From positions 1-64,000 of the forward strand of contig DF237331.1 in the NCBI GenBank assembly GCA_000708835.1: DNA of 64,000 bases. Direction: 5' to 3'. This document shows positions 1 to 10,900 of the stretch, in pieces; position 1 is the stretch's first letter, and the number at the start of each line of letters is the position of its first letter. Both the position numbers and the translations under genes were made by a program. Origin of the DNA: Klebsormidium nitens (taxonomy: Eukaryota; Plantae; Klebsormidiophyceae). The notes below the pieces were generated by a model that searched no databases, was not told the DNA's origin, and saw only the letters and a program-made list of their open reading frames with translations.

Positions 1-1061
1 AGTGAGATGGCTTTCCGGGTCCGACATGGTGCGTGGAACGGGTTGTTAAACAAGTGGGTTAGGCAGACTAACCCCTGTACTTAACCTTGCCAGGACCTGA
101 CCTGCACAGGAGATGCTTAAGACTTACCACTTGAATAGAACTTGTGTTGGGTAGATATGGTTTATGCACAAAGTGAAGGTGGTGCGAGGATGTCAACATC
201 CCGCATTCCGCGTATGTTTTGGGACTGATAGCGAGGTGAATCCCCTTGGCTTCACAATGTTTGTCAGACCTGCTAGAAGAGCGAGTGACTCAATTCTGCG
301 CTTTTCAGTGCTGAGGGGAAGTCCAACACGATACGCATCTCCAGCCAGAAGAATCAGTCAGAGCTGCTATATATGAAAAAGAATCCACGTTGTCACAAGT
401 GATTAGCGGTGACTTGTCAAACTCAACACATCTTGAAATCAGAACAACCTCTTCTAGAAGGAAGACTTAGTGTGCAAGACGCACACAGGAGGGGCAAATA
501 GCTGCCAATTCAAGCCAACAGCTTGCTGAGAGGCGCTATGTTGTGGCTCCCTCATCCACCCATCTAAAAAGATGTCAGCCACCTTACAGCAGCAATTTTG
601 ACAGCTCAAACTTATAGAAGGTCTCATGAAACGCCTCTGTGATAACAATCAGCGTGATGACAGTGCAGGCCTGCATTGTCATCATTGCTTCAGCCAAAAG
701 GCGTGGACAATTCAAAACGTTGAATCTGATATTGTCTTACCTCTTCATGAGAAGCATGATCATGAGAAGCATGGAACAGAAACACCCCACAGCAGTCAAT
801 GTTTCTAGCCACCCGTTACAATGCTGCGACTCGCAGTTTGCGCCTGCAATATTGCTGGCCACCTATAGTATATGCTGTATGCTCAATCCAAAGAGGTGCA
901 GACATTCCACTGCTAGAGTTTGGGTCTATTATAGCTTTTAATCAATGCTTTGTTGGAGAGTCAAAGAGGCCGCGCCAGCTTGCTCCCCCTTGCAGTCAGC
1001 TGGCCGAAGCTAGCCGCGCTTTCCATAGCGCATTCCGAGTCGCTATCATGAAAACACTCTA

Positions 1062-1462
1062 GGCCGTCCGAATTTGATTGCCGGTTTCCTGTCCCCGACC
1101 GACCCAAATTTTGAGAAATAACCGACTCGGCTGATAATATATTCTTGGATTCTGGAGGTCAAAAGCGAGAATTGTCGAACAAAAACTTGGTTCTGGTCTG
1201 ACAATAAGGCGCAATCGGTCAACGCTGATGCTCTGAAAGGTCGGTACCTCGGTATCCGGTTCGGGTTTGATTACCAGTCTGAGCACAAATGCATGGCGCC
1301 TACCGGGACAGCCCGTATGACTTTCAAACGACCTCGGTAACGGTGCTATTTGGGCGAAATAACCCTTACCAATCTTTGAGGAATATTTATCATAGTCTTC
1401 CGACCGACCGACCCACCCCCGGAGGGGGTGGACAGGAAACCGGAAATATAATTCGGGCGGCC
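1062..1462. mobile_element. ~400-bp MITE, PIF/Harbinger (Tourist)-like
   Basis: Left end (a)ggccgtccgaatttgattgccggtttcctgtcc vs reverse complement of right end (a)ggccgcccgaattatatttccggtttcctgtcc: 34-bp inverted repeat, 4 mismatches. GGCC termini, flanked by CTA / TTA (imperfect 3-bp TSD). No coding capacity; subterminal ccgaccgaccc motifs. Confidence 0.75.
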
Positions 1463-4400
1463 TTAGGTGAAAAGGTGCCCTTGAAGCAGGCTAGCAATGT
1501 AGCATGCGCGTCATGCGTCAGCATGCGAGACGACTCGATCGGCCAAGTGTTCACTGTTCCCCTGGGGACGTGCAGGGTTACTGCCGTGGTTTAAGGACAG
1601 TAGTGTTTGTGGGGAGGGCGAATGTTTTGGGTTAGGGAATATAGTTGCGGTCACCGGTGCCCGGGCCTCTCGACCTCCGGAAGAGGTGATGCCATGATGT
1701 TGCCATCACAAGGCGGCCGCGTGCGGCAAAGTTCCGGCCCGGACTCGACCCGCCCGGCTATCTGCAGTGCCAGGAGTTCGTGCAGCTGTGCATGAGACGC
1801 TGAGCCGGCCCTAGACAGCTTGAGCGGCCCACCTTTGATATAGATTCAACACAAAGCAGCACAAGCTGGTTTCTGCATTCAAACTTGCTGCACTAGCTCG
1901 GCCTGACGAGCGATGCCGCACTGACTCGACACTGCTGAGGCTGATCGATGATCACTGTGAGCTTTCGTCAGCTTGCGAAGCGGAGGCGCCCTAAGGCAGG
2001 TTCTGACGCAAGACTCACTTATTGATGACAGAAGTACTTCAGCGTTCCAAAACAGCCTCTTGAAAACCTTCAAGCCACAACGAATTGTTTGCATGATCTC
2101 AAAGCACTGGACCTGTCGATGGTTTAGCGGGCATTTTTACGCTTTTCACTGATTAGCCTTGGTCAGGCGGCTCAGTGAGGATGCGACTGAGGCTCCTGGC
2201 GTCGCTAATTGCCATCGAGCGCTGATGTATGTCCTTCCTTGCTGGATCTGATCATGTATATCCAAAATGCCCCGGCCCGACGCCTCTGATAGCAGCTCCA
2301 TGCAGAAAGAGCCCGGCAAACTAAAGTGCGCGAGCGAACAACGGTGCCTTGCAACTTATTCTATGCTCCTGGTCATTGGCCGGCGCCTGCGTCGCGAGCA
2401 ACATTAGTAATAGATTCACTAGGGTGAAACCTTCGGCAGCTATTTCCGTTTCCTGGGGCAACAACATATTGCATGCAGCAGCGCCGTCGATGCCAAAGAG
2501 CGTGCGAGCGCTAGTGCTTGCGCTGGCTAATCCGGATTTCGTACAATGATTGCTGGCGCAATATATTGACCAACTTTTAGAGGCAGCAATTCTGGCTGAT
2601 CTCGTACGGGGTCTCGTTCGGGGTCCATGCGCAAAGTGGGTCTGGAGGGCTGAAACTTCAATCCTCACTTGAGCAGCGCAAAACATGATTCCCCACTTGC
2701 ATTAAGCAAGTGACGCACTTTGCATCAATCACGCTCTGGCTTGGTGAAGGCGCTCAGAGGCGGAAGAGAGCGCGCGAGCAATGTGACTTTTGAGAAAGGC
2801 TTGACTTGCAACTGTTGTATTACTGATGTCTAAGGACATGGCGTACGCTTAACGTTCATATTAATCAGACGTGATTGCCAAATGAGTAGCCGATACGGAA
2901 TCCGTAGCCGATCAGCGGCTCAGAATGGGCAATTTGCCACGAACCTTGATGCTTGGTATCTGCACCAGATCCATCGTTTTCCTGGCCAAACGATTTCCGG
3001 AAGGAGCACAGACGTGTTCAGATGACGGCTGGATCCATTCGAAAGGACAAACCCTTATCAAAAAGTCCAGACGTGTAAGGTCCTTCAGGGGGGCAACAAA
3101 GTTCTTTTGAGCTAAGGGGACTGCCCGAATCCGTCCAGCTCCACGATCCTCAGGATCTCAAAAGTTGCATACGAGATTTTGCTAGTTTGAAATGACCTTG
3201 GTGACGCCATGCTACAAGAGGATACCTCCCTTCGTACGAAGAATAACAGACACAACGGAGTTGAAAAACCATCCGTGAATCAGCTTAAGGCAAACCGTGT
3301 AAGCATGGCTGCAGGTCAACTTCGATATAGCCCTCAGGCAGTCCTTTCTCTCGCGCCTTCGGATTGGTGAGACGGATTGCGTGCTATATCCGTGGTGCTG
3401 CTGCCAACTAGCTAACCAAAGACAGTGAATGTTCAAAGGCAAGACAAGTCATCGCAGTAGAGAAACTGTTTCATTTGCCAAACGATGGCGTTCTGCGATC
3501 TCTATGAAGTAGATCCCTCGCACTCTCAGGCCTGATTGGGACATTTTCCGCAAGGTTGAACTGCAGCCGAGCTGTAAGCGACGGTGAAAGTCTTCTAGCA
3601 GAAAGCAGGTTGTCAGACACCGTGAGGCTTTGACGAGGCATTGAAGCACAGCTCAACGGCTGGCTCAACGGCTGGCTCATTCAACATTATGCATTCTGGC
3701 CAGTGCTACTTGGGCTGTTAGTCGTTGTAACCACAATGCCCTCTCGTACTTATATAGTGCCAACCGGCCAAGATTTCTATTACAATCCACGTGTTAACGA
3801 GAACGGCGAGAAATTGCAAGAACGCACCTTGCTTTGCGACATTGCGTACATGCGGAATAATCACGAGGACCCACAAGGGTCACTTAGGTGATTCAGCTGT
3901 TGAAGTGACTCCCGTTGTTCTGAAAGCTTTTGCCGTCCGTCCTACCTTCGACACCGATGTAATAAAACCGATTGCCGGCATCAGTAAAATCTAAAGTTGC
4001 AGGCCAACCTGAATAACCCTCTGCTGATCGGCCCTCTGGATTTACCGCCTTCTTTTCTCTAAAAGGTGCTGATTTTCCTCTGAAAGGTGTTGATTTTGCA
4101 TCAAGGGACCTACGCTCGAACTCGACGATCTTCAAGTTGAGTGTTGACTGGATTGATTGTAACAAGCGATGATCACAAGTAACCCCGTTCCCAGTTGCTG
4201 AAGATTTCATGGTCAAATTGCACCATGTGGCTGGACTCAATCGGAAGAGTGTAGAAGCATAGTGACGCTGGCAACGGATTCACACAAACAGTATCCGATG
4301 CATATGACAATTGACGGCTCGATGGGCACACGTAAAACTTGAAGTCCGTCGCCGTAGCAGCTTATGAAGCGTCATAAGTCCTTTTGGCGCTGTTTGGGCC

Positions 4401-5473
4401 TGGGGTTAATAGACTAGAATCTCATTGCCTCGCCACGGGGTTGAGGTCACCGCCGGCCAGAGACTTGGAAAAATTTCGACCTCACGCAAGCCGGAACAAT
4501 AGCCTCTGCCCAAACGAGAACTCATGATGCATGGCACGTACGGACGCAGAGAATCAAGCAGCATGACCCTGGCTCAGGCAAGCGATCTGAACGCAACCGC
4601 CGTGATGATGCCACTCGTGCACCACTGGCCGCCTCTTCTCAGCCACCAGCCCCACGCGCGGACTCCCTAATGCAACCGACAAGGTGCGTACCATGATTTT
4701 CCACAGCGGTGTAGAGCTCATCACTCAGAACGTTGCTGCCTGCGCGATGGAGACGCCAGGGAAAGACCCGCTTTCACCGCTTTCCAGCCAAGCATTACAG
4801 GGGCACGTGAGGCAATTTCAAACGGTAGCCGAGAATCAGGACGCCGATACTGATGAAACATTCAAGACAAGATGATGGAGTCAGCATGATGGAAATCTTT
4901 AAAAAGTCACAGTTCATGCAGAAGAGAAAGACGTGACCGGGCTTACGGTCCTCTGAATTCACGCTTTGCAGCGGAAGAGAAGGTTCGGGGGAGGTTCGAG
5001 ACTCCCATAGTCGAGCAGAAAGTTAGCTAGCGCAATAAATTTGGAGCGAGCGCTCTAAAATCAGCAGCAGAGACAGCTGAATCAGGTCTCTTCTCAAGCA
5101 CGGGTAGCTTTTTGTGATTTGAAGCCGCCCACTCAAGAGGCATCCGTTTCCCTTCTTATGACATGGGCCGAATCAAAGGCTTTTTAAGGATTGAAATCGG
5201 ACGATTCATTCAACGAGAGGTGATCATTGCCGTGGCTTTTCAAGCGAGCTAGGACCTTACGAACCTTGGACGGCGTTATATTACGGGGGAGCGCGCGCCC
5301 CGACGTCATCGCCCTCGAAAGCGAGATATGCCATTTTAGATACATAAATTTTGTTTTCAACAGATTTGCAGCTAGTTACTTCATCGATCAGGTTCTTTAG
5401 CAGAGCCGCACGGCTCTTGAACAGCATTTCTTCCTGCGTCTCAGAGGAAAACTCTGCTCCCATCAACTTCGCT

Positions 5474-6805
5474 CTATCGTTCTGAAATGTAGCAAAAGGA
5501 ATCCACAAATGTCACACGTACGCGCATCTCATAGTCCACAGAGGCACAATCAGCACGCGGGTACCGCTGATAGAGCCGACCCTCGAAAACGCTCGCTTCT
5601 ACTCTCGCGTCTTCTCTGGCCCCTGATCGAAGTGGTCCGCTCCAACGCCTTGTCACTCGACGAGTGGCGCTTGTACTGCAGTCCTGCGCTTCCCACTCAA
5701 AGAGTTCACACTCGGGTAAGGACTCCGACGCTCCAAACTGCGCGCCAACTTCTGGCGGCTCTCCCTGTTGGAAGACCGTGTTCCAGAAGTGTGTGACCGG
5801 GTACGCTTGCTGGGCGCAATGAATCTGTACCGTCTTGCAGTAAACATCATACGTGGATAACCAGCCGGATTCCGTTCTGGCAGTCACTGGCGGATCCTCG
5901 TGGGAAAAGCCCCACAGAAAGAGGCTCCCATGCCACCGAATAAGAGCAAGAAAGTTCGGTCCGGTGGATGTAAGCGAAGTCTGCGAGTTCGATCCCCTGA
6001 CGTGAGGGAGTGATCTGCTGACGTCACAGCTGGTGAGACGAAACTCGCGTGTTTGTTCAGAGAACCAAGTTTGGAAGGCACTTATTTGCATCAAATAGCG
6101 CGCCACCACCAGCTGCTTATAGCCACCCAACGCTCGTATTATGTCATCCAAATCTGCGCTCAGAGTTCCGTACTTCTTTTCATTCCGCGCAGCTGCGTCA
6201 TGCGCGTTGGCTCTACTGACGTCGCAGCCAACAAGGAACGCTCGTCTCCAGACATCTGGATTAGCCTCTGCCGCTTTGAGGACTGCTCTGCAGGCGTATG
6301 TAGCCCGCAGCAGAGAACAGGGGTCTTGGTCTGCCAGCTTGTGAACAAGTACCAACAGGAGCTCCTGAGGCAGATCTTCCATATATATGTAGCCGCTTTT
6401 GCACGCCTCAAGCGCCCTATTACCATTGCTGGCGTCACTAAACGTCATGGCAAGTACTAAACTCGCAACAAATTCATTCGACGCTTTTGACGCGGCCGCC
6501 CCGGGTGAAGGGGAACGCAAAGCCTCCTGTCGACGGCCGATGCGCGCGCCGCACATCCGCCGCGCGCAAAACAGGACTGCGGCAGCGCGGCCGCGCCGCC
6601 CATTGGCCATGGTGACTGATGGCGGCCGCGGCTTGGCCGCCCTGCGCGCGGGCGACCCGCGGGCCCGCGCCGGCGTGGCTCGCTGCCGAACGAATGCGTC
6701 TGCAAGTCCCTTCCGTTTGGGCCTGAGAGATTCTCCGTTCCGCAAAGGCAGGCATTGCATGTCGCGCACGTCTCCAACAGCGGGCGACATTACTGGTACT
6801 TTCAT
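5474..6805 (-). CDS. F-box domain protein with unrecognised C-terminal domain (likely true start at ATG 6448 or 6382)
   Basis: Longest non-transposon ORF in the window (443 codons). Contains MEDLPQELLLVLVHKLADQDPCSLLRATYACRAVLKAAEANPDVWRRAF, matching the F-box pattern (LP-x-E-LL-x-I/V...L...C+.W). The N-terminal ~119 codons are GC-rich Arg/Ala/Pro low complexity and probably UTR/promoter. Confidence 0.7.
   Translation of the reverse strand: MKVPVMSPAVGDVRDMQCLPLRNGESLRPKRKGLADAFVRQRATPARARGSPARRAAKPRPPSVTMANGRRGRAAAVLFCARRMCGARIGRRQEALRSPSPGAAASKASNEFVASLVLAMTFSDASNGNRALEACKSGYIYMEDLPQELLLVLVHKLADQDPCSLLRATYACRAVLKAAEANPDVWRRAFLVGCDVSRANAHDAAARNEKKYGTLSADLDDIIRALGGYKQLVVARYLMQISAFQTWFSEQTREFRLTSCDVSRSLPHVRGSNSQTSLTSTGPNFLALIRWHGSLFLWGFSHEDPPVTARTESGWLSTYDVYCKTVQIHCAQQAYPVTHFWNTVFQQGEPPEVGAQFGASESLPECELFEWEAQDCSTSATRRVTRRWSGPLRSGAREDARVEASVFEGRLYQRYPRADCASVDYEMRVRVTFVDSFCYISER
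6480..6720. promoter_or_regulatory. GC/CGCG-rich island, probable promoter/5'UTR of the F-box gene
   Basis: Abrupt GC- and CGCG-dense stretch immediately upstream (minus-strand sense) of ATG 6448; contains CCAAT on the minus strand (cattgg, ~6601). Function is inferred. Confidence 0.35.
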
Positions 6806-6972
6806 GGTATGAGTACCGTCACTATAGGAGTCTGCGGCACTAGCTACGTTGAAAGTAGAGTTGCGGCGCCATGGGCCTCATGCACATTCTTACCAACGTT
6901 CTGTTTTCAAGCAGACGTGTATAAGTATCTGGCAGCCCCGCTTCTACCGGGATTTTACTGGCGTTGCTGGAA

Positions 6973-7002
6973 GCCGGCGCCGGCGCCGGCGCCTGCGCCT
7001 GC
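6973..7002. repeat. Hexamer microsatellite (GCCGGC)3(GCCTGC)2
   Basis: gccggcgccggcgccggcgcctgcgcctgc read directly. Confidence 0.8.
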
Positions 7003-7844
7003 GGTGACGGTGATATTGACGGGTTTGAGTACAGGCTAAAACAGCTCTGTAATATGATAAGAGAGGTGCCGGAAGCCTCTAAGAATCGAACGGCGATGCA
7101 TATGAACTGCGAGTTACTCGAGCAGAGCAAGTGAAGACGCTCCGGTTTTCTGTCACAAGGCAGTCGAGATGAACTCGCCTTTTCCTATATCCATGCAGTT
7201 TAGGTCCTTCATCCACGGAAGGCTTTTGGCGAAACACAGCGCCAGCGCGTTTCTCTAACGCTGGGTTCATGAGGGTCGGAAAAGGAAGAATAGAAGTCTT
7301 GCGCACCAATTGCAACAGTATCACTCCGCCACCATTTGGTCGTCATTTCCGATTGTTATATCTGCAGCAATCCAACCAACAACCATCCCGCCTGATCGTT
7401 CCAGCAGTGAGGCAGATAATTCGCGGTGGCAGCAAGTGACCTTGGTACTGAGATACTGGGAAACAGACGTATCACTGAGTTGAAGCTTATCAAAGTTGCC
7501 CAAGACGAGGCCCATAGATCGACTGGTGACTCAGGGGACGGCTTCGAAGCTCGCATGAAAGTTTCTTTGAAGCTTCTTGAAGGCATCAATATCGTCGTAC
7601 GTCTTGGTCACCTACTGACTTATCCGAAGCTGATGCGTTCTAGGAATAAGTCAAGGTCCGAAGGCGTCAAGGTAAGCCCCGTTGAGTGCCCACATGACCT
7701 CGAAACAGTCTTCCAAGGTGATTAATTATCACGACGCGCTGCCAAAGTCGTTGCTAACGTAAGTCGTGGCCAAGTCACGTGAATCAGAACTTTTCCGGGC
7801 CTGGCGCAATTCAAGAGGACCCACTTGCAAAGCACTTGACAAAA

Positions 7845-7918
7845 GGCTTCGAAATTAGCACAATTCGTAGGCTTCGAAATCAGCACAATACGGGCTTCGA
7901 AATCAGCACAATTCGTAG
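7845..7918. repeat. 3 tandem copies of a 23-25-bp unit
   Basis: ggcttcgaaattagcacaattcgta / ggcttcgaaatcagcacaatacg / ggcttcgaaatcagcacaattcgta. Confidence 0.85.
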
Positions 7919-10900
7919 AAACAGTCGAGGGGATAATACCCACTTACCCAGGTCCCTTTCTTTCTACTTTCTTTCGATTTAAGGGTATTTCATCCCTTAC
8001 GGAAGACAAAGCCCCGACTATCCAGAAAGCGATGCAGTGCTGACCTTTTAGTATTTGCTGCTAGCTCTGGAGCTGCATCTCGGCTTTTGTGATCATGTGT
8101 GGCGCCGGGATCACAAAGCTTCATCCGTCTTTGCCTTTGAAAGCAACTGGGTTTCCACAGTATGCATGGTAGGGATCGGCTTGAAAGGTTCAGCAGAACC
8201 ACGTGAAAAAGGACGCGTCATTATCAGATACGTTTTAATCGGACTTCTTACCGGTACAGCAGAGAGAAGTAGCATGTCCAACTTCTTGTTGTCGCAAGCC
8301 TCTGATAAGTCGCACACGAAAGGATAATCCTAGCTTCCTATAACTGTGCACGCCGCGCCGAGGTCGCACGCGTACGGATAAAAACATCGATTAGTATCAC
8401 CCGTAACAGAGGTGCAGAATGCGCCCACAGCATGCAGAAATCTAGTGTTCCCTGGGGTAAGGCTAAACGATCAAGCACAAGGTGGTCGCATTTCAGATTG
8501 TTCTTTTGTCAAGTGGCAGTCAGATTGGAGTGGCCGCTTCGAGATGATGGCCTTTGAGTGGCCGGCACCTCGTCTCGTCTTTACCACTTTCATTTGCAAG
8601 GAATTTTACAGTTCAGCAAGCCAACTGACTACTCAGATGTTGAATGCAATCATGGAATTATGTGTGTTATAAACAAGTCCGCCAAACAGCTAGCTTCTCG
8701 CGCCAAAGTACGTACTACGGCTTCCGACTGAAGCACGTTGTCTGAATGCCCTTTTGTTTTACCCGTTGTTAGCTGAGGCTGCGATAAGGCAATAAAAAGG
8801 AAGGAGAAAGTACAGATCGAAGAATCCACGGCGTGAAGTTGGTCCGCACTGCAGCTAACCCTGTCTGGATATTTGCTGTACGAGGCCTCGAGGCGCTCCT
8901 TCACGCGTTGAATGAGACCAGGACTTTGAAAGAAAGGAGCGTCTTCTTGAGTCTCGAAGCGACAACTACTGATTGGAACAGCAGAACATAAGCACGAACT
9001 TGTAACCCTTTTTAACGGATGCAACCCGCACGTCAGGCGGATCAATTGATTCAGTCTCGAGAGCGACGTAAAGCGCAGCGTACTTTGATCTTTTGCTCAC
9101 CATAAGGATCACGGACGCTACTCAGAAACGACGATTAGATGAGCAAGGGGCTAGCCACGTTTACGAAACCTGGGTCCGGCCTTCCAATCTGATCGTTACA
9201 AACTGCATATCACATTGAACGATAGGCATCCGCATGACCCTGGTCTGGGCGTCCCTTGCACAAATACTTCGCTGGCGTGCCGCGTATTAGGCGGGGCGTT
9301 GTGGAAAACGAGAGCTGATGTACGTCAAGAGATTCACAGGAAAGCCTAAAGCTCCTCATATATAATGGATGCCACGGGAAAGGATTGGTGTAGTTCAATT
9401 TAAACAATCAAGCTGGACAGCTGGCTCTGACAAAGACAGGGTGCAAGATGCATATGGAGAAGGGGTTGAATCTACTCCAGTTGGGTCCTCCCTCATCATT
9501 GCCAGAATGTCAATTTAAATCGCAGCCGCAAACCAGGTGTCAAGCTTTAAGTGAAGCCGTATGAAAGCCCAATGTATGAGCGACTGATCGCCCAGAATAA
9601 GAAGGCAAACCGCACGAATCCAATCGAGGCCCGGGCGAGGCACCAACTATACTTGAAAAACGAACGGCTCTTTTTTTCCGCTGACCCCGCTCGACCGACT
9701 GTTCTCGTAACTCCTCTCTCGCGAGTCGCTTCCTAAAAAGGAACTTCGCTTTCAAAACGTAAGGACCGCAGCATCCGGTCGGCTTGGGTTCCTCCAGAAA
9801 CAAATCATCAAGAAAGTCTTACTTTTTAATCGGGTTGGAGCTAGCTAACCAATCATTTCTTAAATCGGTAGAACGCCTGGCCGGGCATTTGGTTGTTGGA
9901 ACAACGAATCCATGCAAAAAGAAAGCAAGCCCTGGAAGGAAACGCGCAGTTTATTCAGGACCATCACGTAACATTCTTTGAGGGTTTTTCATACCTTACA
10001 GCATGGCTGGGGTCCGTTGATCACGCGGCTCAGTGTGAGGGCCGAGCTTGGCCCTGCTTGTCACCAACAGTTACTTTCTGGCCACTTCAACGTGTAGAAT
10101 CTCATTTTGCACGATTCCATCAATTGGAAATTGGCCCAGGCAAACAGGTGAACGGGCACGGTGCCCAATTCGCACCGTCCGCCATATTTTTAACTATGCG
10201 CCGTTTCAGTCAGACCCAGAATGCAACCGTTGAAAACTTCTGGATCTACAAGGTCTGGTTGGGTAACGATATCCCCGGCCGCGCGCGTATGCCACGCGCG
10301 CGCGACCGCGGGCCTACGGTGCTGAACAGCGCAGGTACTCGCGCGCCAGGGCGCGCGTCAGCTGATACAATGGCAGCCTCATCCACCCCTTGCGAACGAG
10401 TCTGCTTCAACGGACTCGTAAGGGTCCGCTTGCATATATAACAGTCTGGAGAGCTAAACATCCGATTCTCACCAAACGAACAGAGAATATGTTGACAGCT
10501 ATCCAGGACACTCCATTGGCACTGAGCGAGTGGTCTGGTTTGCGTCACCAACAAATGCATGTGGAAATGATGAAAGGGCGCGTGGTGCAGCATCTCGAAA
10601 ACTGATCTGGAGTCCGCATATCATGATGTTTTCTGTTACGCACGTCCTTAAAAACTGGACGATGTGGCGTCTTAACGAGCAGTTCTTTGACGGTTCATGG
10701 CGGCTCAGGATTCCCAACAGCCTTCTGATCTGGAAAACGTTTGGCGCAGATTCGCGCCACAGATCAATCTTCCCTTGGCCACGTCTCGAGTCAAAAGCAC
10801 TAAGTGTACAAGTCTGCACGTATACATCCATAAATTAGAGAGGGATCCTTCCAGTGTACTACTATTATCTAGGGGGGGCGTGGACCTGGCAGAAAGATTT

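Noticed and set aside
1-1050. Short ORFs in the first kilobase and in 7-15 kb
   Set aside because: All under ~185 aa, with no recognisable motif, splice pattern or codon bias; lengths are compatible with chance.
6449-6805. N-terminal 119-aa extension of the F-box ORF, and overlapping ORFs 6399-6812, 6457-6777, 6474-6755
   Set aside because: GC-rich sequence lacks stops in several frames at once; low-complexity R/A/P translation. More likely promoter/UTR.
7321-7700. Minus-strand AFKKLQRNF...SVSQYL, faintly like copia gag
   Set aside because: Short, interrupted by stops, with no LTR, zinc knuckle or pol remnant nearby; not supportable without a search.
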